Origin: Octopus vulgaris
Lineage: Eukaryota
Direction: 5' to 3'
Length of the DNA: 64,000 nucleotides
Assembly: GCA_951406725.2 (NCBI GenBank)
Contig: OX597814.1
Location: 20,150,001 to 20,214,000, forward strand
Part shown: positions 41,028 to 53,995 of the stretch, piece after piece
Layout: each line of letters starts with the position of its first letter
Position numbering within the stretch: the stretch's first letter is position 1
The notes under the pieces: model-generated
What the model was told of the DNA's origin: nothing
Databases searched by the model: none
The model's input: only the letters and a program-made list of their open reading frames with translations
Made by a program: the position numbers and the translations under genes

Positions 41028-41401
41028 TCTATGTTTGACTTTTGCTTTATATTTGTACAAGTTGGCTCCAAGTCTCACCCAGAGACCTCAAGAGACAACA
41101 GGTTGGAAGTTCATGTTGTTGTTATGCCTAGTGTGCCATATATTTGGGAGGGAGTTTTTGGTGTTGTACTAATGAATGTCTAAAAAAAAAAAAAAAAATT
41201 TTTTTTAAAACCGAAAATTATGTTTGTTTTAAACCTTGAGATTACATAGAAAGTATTTTGCGTAGGATATGAGCAGTTCCCATGAGCACTATCTTTTGAA
41301 TTTCTGCCATTTTTGGGTTTCCTGGTATCTGAGTTAGGTAGCTATCAGCCCCTTTTGCTATCATTCCCAGGGCACCTATGACAACAGGTATTGTTTTAGT
41401 C
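41028..41401 (-). mobile_element. R4/Dong-like 3' end in (TAA)n; related fragments at 40690-40900(-) and 43250-43470(-)
   Basis: Minus-strand translation TKTIPVVIGALGMIAKG..IQKIVLMGTAHILRKILSM*, with (TTA)n on both sides. Confidence 0.8.
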
Positions 41402-41652
41402 TATTATTATTATTATCATCAGCATCATTATTATTATTATTACTAGGGTGGCGAGCTGGCAGAACACCAGGCAAAACGCTTAGTGGCATTTTGTCTGCCA
41501 CTACGTTCTGAGTTCAACTTCTGCTGAGGTCGAGTTTGGTTTTCATCCTTTTGGCGGATCAATAAAATAAGTACTAGTTACGCACTGGAGTTGATGTAAT
41601 CGACTAGCCCCCTTCTCCCCCAAATTTTCAAAGCCTTGTGCCTAGAGTAGAA

Positions 41653-41701
<49 letters not shown>

Positions 41702-41729
41702 TATTATTATTATCATTATTATTATTATT

Positions 41730-42262
41730 GAGTGAGAGAGCAGTGTATGCCATCAAAGTGACACTGGGGTAAAATATACAAAGCCCAGTGTACCCATCAT
41801 GACTACCCATCTGATAAGGGTACACCAGGCACATGCATCACAACCATATGTGCATGACATGGTGATCTCATATCAATATAAACACCATATAACCTTTCAG
41901 GTAGAATTTCCTTCAGGTCAAGTAGCCCATCCTATTCAAAAGGTCCCTAAATAAGGGTTGTTCAAGGATGTTGAATGAAACCAGAAGTGAATTATTCAAA
42001 CTCCAAAGAATTCCTCTCAACACATGGTTATGATGCTCCCCCACGACTTCTGCTCGTGATCAGAGTTGCACATATTGTCAGTCACTAAAGGACATGCTCA
42101 ACTGGTTAAGGTTAAACAACTGACATGCAAATCTGTGGTATTGAGCAGAAGATTTGCTGTAGCCCATCTTTTATACCTAGACAAAACAAAGTACATAACA
42201 CTTCCAATCACTTAAGATCAGAAGTCATGAGAGTCACTACCTGGTACTGCATCGGGGCATTT
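41730..42262. mobile_element. Unclassified ~530-bp interspersed element between trinucleotide tracts
   Basis: Discrete complex-sequence block with sharp edges against (TTA)n and (TCA)/(TAG)n. It has no ORF and is single-copy in the window. Confidence 0.35.
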
Positions 42263-42278
42263 TATCATCATCATCATC

Positions 42279-42310
<32 letters not shown>

Positions 42311-42846
42311 CAGCAGTTATGTAATATAATGTCACAATAGTTAAAAGGTTTCATGCTAGAAATGGATAGTCAAGTCCCAGCAATTACCACAAACGGTTGA
42401 AGGAAATATATGGTCTGAGTCCTTTGACACTGGAGGCTCAAAAGAGTTACACCTGTTTTATGGGCCTTGGTGCGACTGTAAAACCCCCAACATAATTCGT
42501 GGATGAAATCAGATAAAGCCTCCGTAAATTTAAGAATTATTTAACTCATCGGAGTTATGTCCCTTGCATTGGGATTTGGGTGGTCAAAACTGTCCACGAG
42601 AATAAGCAAGATATTTGATTCCTGAGTGAGGAATAGTGTAACGGTGGGGTAGGATAGAAGTGAAGAGGATGTAGGGGAATGGGGATGGGGGGGTAGGTTA
42701 ATTTTAGAACTATGTGAGATTACATATATATATATATATATATATATAGATATATATATATATGTAGGTCCCGGGTTGAGTCGGGGTTAACCACAGTAAA
42801 TAAGGTACTCAATACATAGCAGAGTAAATTAATTTATTTTATAGAA

Positions 42847-42901
42847 GGAGCTTCTACAGGACTAGAACTGTTTCATTCAAAAGAAATCATCAGGAAGCTC
42901 C
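42847..42901 (-). ncRNA. Type-I hammerhead ribozyme, complete core
   Basis: The minus strand reads GGAGCTTC-CTGATGA-TTTCTTTTGAAT-GAAA-CAGTTCTAGTCCTG-TA-GAAGCTCC. This gives an 8-bp stem I, CUGAUGA and GAAA cores, stem II TTC/GAA, stem III CAG/CTG and a GUA cleavage triplet. Confidence 0.85.
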
Positions 42902-42910
42902 TGATGATTT

Positions 42911-42957
42911 CTGATGATTTCTTTTGAATGAAACAGTTCTAGTCCTGTAGAAGCTCC
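42911..42957 (+). ncRNA. Inverted duplicate of the hammerhead (core intact, stem I 5' strand degraded)
   Basis: CTGATGATTTCTTTTGAATGAAACAGTTCTAGTCCTGTAGAAGCTCC is an exact inverted copy of 42847-42893. Confidence 0.65.
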
Positions 42958-43183
42958 TTCTATAAAATAAATAAAATATATATATATATATATATATATA
43001 TAGTTCAATACATTCTAGTATTGAATATATAGTTCAATACATATAGTTCAATACATTCTGGAAGATGGACGTTAAATGATGATGTTGATGGCATAATAGA
43101 TTATTATTTCCGTGTAATCGACTTAACCCCTTACCCCAAAATTTCAGGCCTTGTACCCCTAGTAGAAAGGATTATTATTAATA

Positions 43184-43214
<31 letters not shown>

Positions 43215-43490
43215 TATTATTATTATTATTATTGTTGTTGTTGTTATAGACGTCACTCAGTATACAATATCATGCTCCGATGACAATAGGGATAACCTTT
43301 ATGTTTGACTCTCGTAGCTGCCACATCTTGGCGATCTCAATTCTCAGGTCTCCATATTTGTCAAACATTTTTGTTTCTTTCATGAGGATATGTTGATCTC
43401 CTGGCACTGCCACATCCTAAAGGTTACTATAGCCGGCCTGCGGTGCTCTGATACCTTGTCTGTCTGTCTGTTGTTGTTGTTGTTGTTGGC

Positions 43491-43529
<39 letters not shown>

Positions 43530-44033
43530 TGCAAGGCGGGATTAAATGATATCAAAATCTTGGCATGGAGAACTGACAATTTTATGACTTCTCACTTTGA
43601 AGGCTATCTCCATGCCATTCAAAAACAAGAGATCCCTACCAAATACTCACAGCACACAGAAAACATTTATAAACAACAAATATAGGCTGTGCAAAACTAA
43701 GATGAAGATATCAGCCAACTGTGAGAGGAATATCATCTTCCCATAAGGCACGATGCTGTTGGTGGAACTGCCAGGAACAAAATAAGGCAAAAAAAAAAAA
43801 TATCATCAAAGTTGACTAAATTGACACCAATGGGTCAAAGAATATTGGTTGAATTTAAACATTAAAACATCCATCAAGTTAAAAACAAACTGGGCAGATA
43901 TTGCTGTGTGGATCCACAAGGAAAAATTTGCTCTGTTGTGGAAATCAGTTGCTCTCTGGACACCAATGTGGTCAGAAAAATGCAGGAGAAAGAAAATATC
44001 TATGAAGAATTGATAAGAATTCTCAAATCCAGT

Positions 44034-44429
44034 ACCCCAAGATACACTTTCAAATTCAAACCTATTATTTTTTTCTGCTGTAGGTACAAAGCCAGAAATT
44101 TTTGGGGAGGGGACCACTCGATTAGATCGACTCCAGTATAAAACTGGTACTTAATTTATTGACCCACCCCAAGATACACTTTCAAATTCAAACCTATTAT
44201 TCTTTTCTGCTGTAGGTACAAAACCAGAAATTTTGGGGGAGGAGGCCACTCGATTAGATCGACTCCAGTATAAAACTGGTACTTAATTTATTGACCCACC
44301 CCAAGATACACTTTCAAATTCAAACCTATTATTCTTTTCTGCTGTAGGTACAAAGCCAGAAATTTTGGGGGAGGAGGCCACTCGATTAGATCGACTCCAG
44401 TATAAAATTGGTACTTAATTTATTGACCC
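44034..44429. repeat. Tandem triplication, 3 x 132 bp
   Basis: Units start with ACCCCAAGATACAC at 44034, 44166 and 44298. Confidence 0.95.
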
Positions 44430-45444
44430 CGAAAGGATGAAAGGCAAAGTTGACCGTGGCGAAATTTGAACTCAGAACATAAAAACAGACGAAATGCCTC
44501 TAAGCATTTCGCCCAGTGTGCTAATGTTTCTGCCAGCTCACTGCCTTATTCATACCTATTATTATTAGAGAAGCAAAACATGTACCAACTTATCTGGAGC
44601 AAAGTATGATTGAACTCAGATTCCATGTGAAGGAATGCAACTTTTTAATTCATCATCATCATCATCATCATCATCATCGTTTAACGTCCGCTTTCCATGC
44701 TAGCATGGGTTGGGCGGTTCAACTGGGGTCTGGCAAGCCCGAAGGCTGCACCAGGCCAGTCAGATCTGGCAGTGTTTCTACAGCTGGATGCCCTTCCTAA
44801 CGCCAACCACTCCGAGAGTGTAGTGGGTGATTTTATGTGCCACCAACACAGGTGCCAGACGAGGCTGGCAGACGGTCACGCTCGGATGGTGTTTTTTATG
44901 TGCCACCGACACAGGTGCCAGACGAGGCTGGCAGACGGCCACGCTCGGATGGTGTTTTCTTATGTGTCACCGACACAGGTGCCAGACAAGGCTGGCGAAC
45001 GGCCACGCTCGGATGGTGTTTGTTACGTGCCCTCAGCACGGAGGCCAGTCGATGCGGTATGCATTATAAATGACCACAATATCTGGGACAACAAAAATAT
45101 GCATGAACAAAACAAGAAACTTTCAATCTCAAACTTGCTATTAAGCAGGAGGCCCTTTAAGATAAACTCTGAATTAAAAAGAGAAAAAGAGTGTGGCCTA
45201 GAAATTAGGGTGTTGCACTCATGATCATAAGATCATAGTTTCAATTCCTGGATTGGACTGGGCAATACATTGTGTTCTTGAACATCTGATGTGTGGCACA
45301 CTGTGCATCCATACAAGCAACATAGATAGATGAGGAGTTGGAGAAAGAGAAAAAGTAAAAGCGCAGGAGAAAAGTATTTTATTAGGTTTAAATTGTGAGA
45401 GTTACGTCCCATTACTTTATTTCAATCGACTTTTAGTTTGATGT

Positions 45445-45771
45445 GGTGAGGGCGCGTGGCCTAGTGGTTAGGGCATTCGGCTCATGATCGTAAGGTTGTG
45501 AGTTCGATTCCCGGCGACGCGTTGTGTCCTTGAGCAAGACACTTTATTTCACGTTGCTCCAGTCCACTCAGCTGGCAAAAATGAGTTGTACTTGTATTTC
45601 AAAGGGTCAGCCTTGTCACTTTCTGTGTCACGCTGATTATCCCCGAGAACTACGTTAAGGGTACACGTGTCTGTGGAATGCTCAGCCATTTGCACGTTAA
45701 TTTCACGAGCAAGCTGTTCCGTTGATCGTATCAGCTGGGACCCTCGTCGTCGTAACCGGCGGAGTCTTTAG
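45445..45771 (+). mobile_element. tRNA-derived SINE (family 1b); decayed copies at ~25650-25910 and ~45195-45280
   Basis: GGCGCGTGGCCTAGTGGTTAGG..GTTCGATTCCC head and GTGTCCTTGAGCAAGACACTT central box. TSD AGTTTGATGT at 45435-45444 and 45772-45781. Confidence 0.88.
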
Positions 45772-46869
45772 AGTTTGATGTTATATATTTTCTGAGGGTT
45801 CAAATTGTAGCATCAAAGTTTCCTTAAATTAAATGTAAGTTTTCGATGTCAAGTAAGCTAAAGATCAGGTCTCAAAATTGTATAGCTAAAACTCAGAATG
45901 TACATCTCGCTTTTCTAACTATCTGGACTTTTTTTTTTATATATAAAAAACGAAAAACAAAAAAAAGGTTGTGTATTGGGTTCTAACAAAGAAACAAAGC
46001 AGCAACGCTAGAATTTAAATAATAATTGTTGTGAAGATTTATACTTTGAACTTTACGTAAGTTCTACATATTTCTTCTATTCTGCTTACAGATTGATTTT
46101 ACAAAGTACATCATAGCTAGTCACATTTAATTTTACCTGCAAACCTCAGTGTATCAAGATTTCTACATAGGTATTTACTTATATAATCAAGGCTTATATA
46201 TTTGTGGTCAGGAGTGTTGGGTTCATGAACGTACGACCATGGGTCAGGCAATGTGTTGGTTTCTTCAATAATTAATTTTATTTGATGATGCTCCTGTCAG
46301 CTCAACTGAAAATGAGTACCAGTCCACTGCTGGCATAGCACTCTTTCCCTCCGGGTGTCATATCCTTGATGTTCCACTGGTTAGGGTTGGAAGGGCCAAG
46401 AAGATCTCTATATCTGCTCACAGCTACATAAGCACTGGAAACAATTAGCATGACACATGCTAGGAAATCATACTCGCTTGCTAGTGATGGTTATGCTGCT
46501 TATGGGAGTTTATAATTTGGTTTGAGAAGATATTGATTTTGAAGCAACTATCTGCAAACATTCTCACTCTTACTGGTTTGGAAAGAAAAGTTCATATCTG
46601 CAGGGCTGCTGATCTCTACAACAATATATCATTCTTATCTTCGTGTGTCTATATACTTTGTTTATAATTTTTGCCCTCAATATAGAAAGAAGCCAGTTTC
46701 CAATGCAAGAACAAGGCTCTTAGATTGGAATTTAGATCTCATTATTTAGGAGGTCATATATGCATATATGGATCTGTGAACATACATACGTATGTGCTTG
46801 TATGACATTCCATGATGAAGATGTATATTGCGATATTGGATGCTCAGGAAAGGAAAGAAAAGAAAGAGG

Positions 46870-46904
46870 ATTTCACGTTTCGAGCGGAGCTCTTCATCAG
46901 AAAT
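46870..46904 (-). ncRNA. Minimal hammerhead, intact core but GUG at the cleavage site
   Basis: The minus strand reads ATTT-CTGATGA-AGAGCTCCGCTC-GAAA-C-GTG-AAAT. Stem II is identical to that of the 39813 copy. Confidence 0.65.
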
Positions 46905-47371
46905 ACAGAAAATGTCCAAAGAAGGGAAGATGGAGAAAGAAAATTGCCAAGGATACACACGTGGTCACATGTATTAAAGAAAGCAAAAAATAAAACAAAA
47001 ATGATAGTGTTCAGTAGTTGGTTCATTATGCTGGCCACAGGAATTTCTGCCCAGGAAAGTTGTACATCATCTCCCTCTTTCTCTCACATACCCACTTTTT
47101 CTCTCTTTCTTATTATTACTCCCATTGTCACCATCAACATTACTACTTTTAATAAAACATTATCAACTTTCTCTAAATTCCTTTGTCTTTCTTTCTCGCC
47201 TTCTGTTTTTCTTCCCCTCGCTCTGTGTCTTTACCACCGCTCTTACAGTCTCTATGCCTGCTATTACTCTCACCCCAGTATGAGGAAGTGTCATTGAATA
47301 ATGAGAGAAGGAGTGAAAGTGTGACACACTGACACACAGAAATTAGTTTTCACTTTTATTATGTTAGATAT

Positions 47372-47372
<1 letters not shown>

Positions 47373-47426
<54 letters not shown>

Positions 47427-47776
47427 CCACCATCATCATCACTTAGTGTCCATCTTCCATGCTGGCATGGATTGAATGCTTTGACAAGAGCTGGTAAATC
47501 TGGGGACTGTTCCAATCTGCACTAAGTGCTTTGACATGGTTTTTATGGCTGAATGCCCTTCCAAATGCCAACCATTTTATAGAGTGTACTGGTGCTTTTT
47601 ATGTGGCACCAGCACTGATGAGGTCACCACATATACTTGCATGACAAAGATCCCTCAAATAAGAGGACTGGGAGTACAAAGGAGGTGCCCTTGTGCCAGG
47701 TGATGAGAAGTTAAACTATGATAGAGGCACAGAAACTGGTGTTTTGTTGTAAAGGAGATAGATGGTTACCCCATTT

Positions 47777-47824
<48 letters not shown>

Positions 47825-49680
47825 AGAGAGTAAGAAAGAGTGAGAGAGAGAGAAAGCAAGAGAGCTGATGATGCGACAGAGTATACTTCCAAGGTACAAG
47901 GATGTGAATATAAATGGAATGGTAGAGGATTGCTCGGGGTGCATGAGTAGGAAGTTCATGAAGTATAAAAGAGAGAGAGAGGGGAGGGAAAGGGGAGAAT
48001 GCAGTGAGTGATGAAACACAGGTGTATTAAAGAGCAACAGGATAGCCATGATACCATTGGCAGAGGGAGGACAGGAGAGAGAGAGATGACAGGGCAGTGT
48101 TGGGCTGCAGGAGTGTGTATGGTAGGGGGGGGGGAGAAAAGCAAAGTGCAGGAAGAAGAGATGTTGTTTGGTTCACTAGACTAGGGTGTGTGATTTAATG
48201 TTTCATGTGGTTGGAATACACAATGCCTCCAGAACTCAGTTTTGGCTGGGGTGGGCAGGTCTTTTCATGAACCTCATATCGCCAGACATCTCAGTCCATT
48301 GCCATCTCCTCTTTGAGGCCCAACATCTTGAGATCAGCCTTCACTACTTCATCCAATGTTTTCCCAGGTCTCCTTCTTCCACAGGTTCCATCCAATGTAA
48401 GCAATTGACACTTCTTTATACAGCTGTCTTTGTCCATATGCATCACATATCCAAACCAACGTAGTCTTCTCTCTTGCACGCTACATCTGACTCCTCTTAT
48501 ACCTAACTTTTCTTTCAGCACATTTGCACTTTCTCATACATACATACTGATGTTGCACATCCATCACATCATACTAGCTTCATTTCTCTCCAGTCTACAC
48601 TTGTCGTCTACATTCAAGGTCCATATCTCACTACCATGGAGCATAACTGTTCATACACAAGCACTCTGTCTTTCACTCTGAGAGAGAGTTCTTTTGTTGC
48701 CAATAGAGGTAACAGATCTCTAAACTTCTTCCACCCAATTCTTATTCTAGCAACAAAACTTTCAGAACGTCCTTTGGTGCTGCTAATTTAGACATCTAGG
48801 GAGCAGAAACTATTCACAACCTCAAAGAAAACTTCCTCAGCATTTGACAGACTCTAATTTTCATATTTCCTTAGTGCTTAATGTTTCTGTGCATCTGTCA
48901 CAAACAAAGATGACTTTCTCTGTAACCTGTCTGTGATTCCATTACATTTCTTCTGTGTGTGAAGCTTATACTAGATGCAATGAACGAAATTTCTTCCAAC
49001 ACCTTTCCTACATACTGAACAGGGCAATTTACCTGACAGAAAAAGAGTCTTAGCCACTTTCTTGCTAACAACAATTTTGCTCTTTCCTACATTAAGTTTA
49101 AGGCCCTTTGATTCCAGGTTTTGCATCCATACCTGGAATTTATTCTCCAATTATGCTACAGATTCTGCTATAAGAGTGAGGTCATGAGCATATAGTAGTT
49201 CCCAGAGGCAGCTAGGTTTAAATTCCCTTATTATGGCCTGGAAGACTGATGAATAAAAGGGGGCTGACAACTGAGCCATACTCGTGGCTGACTCTCACCC
49301 CACTGACAGCTCTGTGTACATGGCTTGTACATTTCTAACAAACCACTTGTCTACTCCTAACTTCTTTAAGAACCACCAGATTACAGAGCAAAGGATTCTG
49401 TCAAAAGCTTCCTCTAGATCCACAAAAGCCAAGTACAATGGTTTACTTTTGACTAGATACTTCTCTTGCAGCTGTCTCACTAGGAAGATAGCATCTGTGA
49501 TACTCTTTTCAGGTACAAAACCAAACTGCATCTCATCTAGTTTAATTATTTTCCTAATCAATTGAACTATAACTTTCATAATATCTAGTAGTTTGGTTCC
49601 TCTGTAGTTGTTACTATATAAGATTTCACTGTTATCATTGTAGTAACTAACTATAATGCTACTACATCAGTCATTGGTGT
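47373..49680 (-). mobile_element. Degraded RTE LINE with a purine-rich 3' region and (GAT)n tail
   Basis: ORF remnants 49295-49579 (QFGFVP..TDAIFLVRQLQEKY..AFVDLEEAFD) and 48291-48521 (RRLRWFGYV). The tail is at 47373-47440. Confidence 0.88.
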
Positions 49681-49725
49681 AGTAATATTATTATCTATTC
49701 CTAGATAACCTAATTAACTATACAC

Positions 49726-49788
<63 letters not shown>

Positions 49789-49858
49789 TGAGTCATCTAA
49801 ACAGTCCATTAATCAGAGAAAAGATGCACTTGTATATCTGTCAATAAAGTGGGTATAT

Positions 49859-49938
49859 TATCTGAAATGTTTCGCGCTAGGAATACAATGGAGTGTTAAG
49901 TGACAATCTCTTCATATAACCTTACTCTCATCAGAGTT
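49859..49938 (-). ncRNA. Degenerate hammerhead motif
   Basis: The minus strand reads AACT-CTGATGA-GAGTAAGG...CCTAGCGC-GAAA-CATTTC-AGAT. Both cores are intact but the stems are partly decayed. Confidence 0.4.
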
Positions 49939-51374
49939 AGCTGATATGAAAGGGAACATGGTGACTGCTCTCTATTGCTGGAGATGAATTGACAAGCCAT
50001 ATATGTACAGATATTACGACAAAAATTTTAATTTTGGATATAGAATCACCAAAGGTTTTGTATCTACAAAGCCAAAGCCTTTTGGATAGCTTGTCAGGCT
50101 CTATACAAGGATAAAAAATTTAAACTTTCTAAATTATGGATGTGAGGAAACACTAAAAAATTGGAATTCAAGTCTTAACATATGAAGACGTTAATGAGGA
50201 CAGGTTGTCTCCCCTGAAACAGAGAATAAAACAACCCTTATAGATCCAAAAAAACGGCAAAAGGAGAGATCCAATTTTCCAGTAGGTAGCGCTTGAATTT
50301 GCTAATATTGCTGTTGGATGGTACATTGCTGGTAATGACGATAGCAGGTCTAGGTGTCACCATAGCTTCATAGATGACTCCTTCAGCCTCGCATCGGCCT
50401 CCTACTGGACATTGTCAACTTTTATCCATAGATTTCAAAAGAGTTATTGATAAAGGCACTTTCCTTTGGTAAAGGTTTCACAGATATTAGTGATAGTGAT
50501 GTTAGAGTTATCATGCATGCCAGAAAGACGGTGCTGTTCGGCAAAGTTTCGACATGGGTCAAGCAATCTGACCCCAAGGGCTCCTTTGATGTGACTATGG
50601 GAGCATATGACAGCACCAATGTCTGTGATCTTATCGGACTGTACATCCTGGTCCTCTTCAGTCTCTACAGAGATGACACCCTAGCCATCTCTAGAGAAGC
50701 CAATGGGTACACACTAGATAGACTTAGAAAGGACCTAATTAGCATCTTAGGCTCAATGGGACTCAAGATCACCATTGAGACTAATCTCACCACAGTAGAT
50801 TTTTTAGATGTTACTTTAGATCTGGGCTCTGGTACATACAGACCCTATCACAAACCAAATGAAAAACTGTCTTATATTAGCACATCTCCCTGCAACCCTC
50901 CTCTAGTTTTCAAAAACCTAGTGAAAGGTCTAAGCAAGAGGATCTTGAATCTATCCTCGAGTTAAGATATCTTCAACGCCGCTGCCCCCTACTACAATGT
51001 GGCACTGGCATTGAGTGGGTTTAAGGACTGCATCTCCTACATGCCAGGCCCTAGCACCCAGAAAAGGAAGCACCACAGAAATGTTGTTTGGTTTGCTCCA
51101 CCCTTCTCGCTCAACGTCAAGACTTGTGTGGGAAGGATTTTCCTTAGATGAATAGACAAACATTTCACACACACACACATAGATACAGGCAATTATTTAA
51201 GAGGCACGACCTAAGATTCTCCTTTAGTTGTGCTCCTAACATAAAAAAACATTTTAACAATACAAGGGAGGAGGCAGGTTGTTCTGGCAGGGTATATAAT
51301 AAGTGTCCAGAAAGAGACTGAAATAAGGTTGAAGGAGTCATCTACAAAGCTACGGTGACACCTAGATCTGCTAT

Positions 51375-52118
51375 ACCTGGGTGTTATTGTCGACAGTGAT
51401 TTGCGTTGGACAAAACACATCGCTAAAATTGTTAAGAAGGCTGAGGGTGTCTTGGCATCACTCACCAAATCCTTTGTGAGCCGCTCTCTGGCTATCTATC
51501 TGCGGCTTTATATAGCTATGGTAAGACCTCACCTGGAATTTGCATCACCGGTCTGGAACTCCTATCATGCCCAGGATATCAATCGTCTGGAAGCTGTTCA
51601 GCGACGTGCAACCAAAAGAATACCCTCCATCAGGCATTTGCCATATCCTGAACGCCTTACTTCCCTGGGCATGGACACATTGAAACTCCGACGTCTGGCA
51701 GCTGACTTGGCAGACACCCATAAAATTATCAACCATCGTACAAACAATAACTCTGAGCACTTTTTCAAACTCCACCCATCTAACACCCGTGGACATATTT
51801 ACAAAGAAAGAAAAGAGCACAGCTCCCATGACTTCAGGAAACATTTTTTCGCGCTGAGAGTTGCTGAAGCATGGAACAAACTGCCAGCATCAGTTGTTAG
51901 TTGTCGGAGCACTGCATCCTTCAAAACTTCCATGCTTCCTGAGATTCGCCAATACTACACTTGATTTTCTCCCCTCCATACACACACAAGCATGTATCTG
52001 ACTCATACATTGTTCGCTTTCCAGACATTTCTACATTACTGCATGTACTTTATATGCACTTTCTGACAAGTTGTGGTGCACCTGAGCACTGTATACAATT
52101 ATTTCATTATTATTATTA
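51375..52118 (+). mobile_element. CR1-group LINE 3' fragment nested in the Penelope element
   Basis: YLGVIVDSDLRWTKHI..LYIAMVRPHLEFASPVW..LEAVQRRATK..YPERL..LRRL..RVAEAWNKLP, followed by a 3' UTR and (TTA)n tail. Confidence 0.9.
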
Positions 52119-52328
52119 TCAGCAATGTACCATCCAACAGCAATATTATCAGATTCAAGCGCAATCTACTGGAAAATTGGATTTCCCTGTTTGCTGGTTA
52201 GGCTTTATGAGGTCTATAAGGGGAGACAACCCGTCCTCATTAATATTTTTATATGTTCAGACATAAATCTCAATTTCTAAGCGTTTCCTCACATCCGCAA
52301 TGTTGAAAGTTTAATTTTTTGTCTTTGT

Positions 52329-52393
52329 ATAGAGTCTGATAAGCTGTCCAAAAGGCTTTGGCTTTGTGGATACGAAACCTTTGGTAATTCTAT
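52329..52393 (+). ncRNA. Hammerhead remnant in the Penelope 3' repeat
   Basis: ATAGAGT-CTGATAA-GCTGTCCA..TGGATAC-GAAA-CCTTTG-GTA-ATTCTAT. All three stems are present and the core has G8A. A second, more decayed copy lies on the minus strand at 50040-50104. Confidence 0.65.
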
Positions 52394-52928
52394 GTCCAAA
52401 ATTTAAACTTTTGTTGTAATAATTACTGCTTTATTCTTTAGAGTGTGCTTCTTTTCTGATGTCTGTATTAGTGACTATGTGTGTAAGTGTGTGTGTGTGT
52501 GTGAATGGCTTGTGTAGTATCATTTCGCTTTATATGGCCATAGATAAAAATCACCGAAACAAATGCTATGATAATTTGGAATTGCAAATCTAAGCTTATA
52601 TTGGTTTGAGCAACAAGTTTATATTTAGATTGATCTTTCCTTAGACAGGCTGCTTGCACTGCAGCTAAAGACCACAAGGTTATCCATTCATAGCCAACTT
52701 ACAGTGTGTCATTCACCACTTTGAGTATTTCTATGCCACCTAACATTTTTACTAAATATCTGTTAATCCTATACTGGCTTCATATGTGTTTATTTTCAAA
52801 ATCCGCATTTTGTCTGTTTTGCTGTATGGCTATGAAATATGGATATAATATTCAAAACAGATAAAATTGTCAGAGCAGTTTCACACACATATGCTTGCAT
52901 GCACACACACACACACACACACACACAC

Positions 52929-53003
<75 letters not shown>

Positions 53004-53589
53004 CATGGTGTTGATGGTTGTTGAGTCATTATTCAAGTATATCCGTTTGCGCGCCGGGAGAAATGCTTAGCAGTATTTCGTCTGCCGCTACATTCTGAGT
53101 TCAAATTCCGCTGAGGTCGACTTTGCCTTTCATCCTTTCGGGGTCGATTAAATAAGTACCAGTTACGCACTGGGGTCGATATAACCGACTTAACCCGTGT
53201 GTCTGTCCTTGTTTGTCCTCTCTGTGTTTAGCCCCTTGTCGGTAGTAAAGAAATAACTATCAAGTATATCCTCTTTTTTGTATTTTCTCCCATTTTCCTA
53301 AGATTGAATATCTCCTGCCATGAACCTTCATGAAAATGAAGACACACCATTATGGTGGAACAAAGATTTCACCTCCAAGATGCTAATGACATTTCAGTGA
53401 AAAACACAGCTATATGGCCAACCAAAGAAACATAACTGTTCCTGTCTATACAACATGCGTGCATTCATGAGATAGAAAGCTACAGCAGTGGTGGTATTGA
53501 ATCCTTGTAGATGTGTGTCATATTCTGATTGCTGCAATGAAAGGTCTGCCATGCATGATTTCGAGAAATTTGGGTCTTGATTTGTGCTG

Positions 53590-53995
53590 GAATAAATATA
53601 ATATAATATAATGAAATTATTGTATACAGTGCTCAGGTGCACCACAACTTGTCAGAGTATATGCAGTAATGTACAAATGTCTGGAAAGCGAACAATGCAT
53701 GAGTCGGATACATGCTTGCGTGTGTATGGAGGGGAGAAAATCAGGTGTAGTGTTGGCGAATCTCAGAAAGCATGGAAGTTTTGAAGGATGCAGTGCTCCG
53801 ACAACTGACAACTGATGCCAGCAGTTTGTTCCATGCTTCAGCAACTCTCAGCATGAAAAAATGTTTCCTGAAGTCATGGGAGCTGTGCTGTTTTCTAACT
53901 TTGTAAATATGTCCACGGGTGTTAGACAGGTGGAGTTTGAAAAGGTGCTCAGAGTTATTGTTTGTATGATGGTTGATAATTTTATGGGTGTCTGC
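53590..53995 (-). mobile_element. CR1-group LINE 3' fragment
   Basis: Reverse-complement match to 51710-52110. Confidence 0.9.

Larger units (their letters stand above)
50013..52420 (+). mobile_element. 5'-truncated Penelope-like element with an inverted copy of its 3' end
   Basis: RT motifs DIVNFYP, FDVTMGAYD..VCDLIGLYIL, LYRDD and VDFLDVTLDL..YRPYHKPN (ORF 50447-50965). GIY-YIG start GVIYKATVT at ~51333. 50013-50411 is an inverted copy of 51304-51374 plus 52119-52420. Confidence 0.88.

Noticed and set aside
44034-44429. CRISPR-like regular repeats (also the RTE 3' UTR units and the 24.4-25.6 kb array)
   Set aside because: Eukaryotic context, no unique equal-length spacers and no cas genes. 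These are tandem duplications.
45449-45515. tRNA-like sequences at SINE heads (also 3130-3195 and 23789-23855)
   Set aside because: A and B boxes are present but there is no closed cloverleaf, and they continue into SINE bodies.
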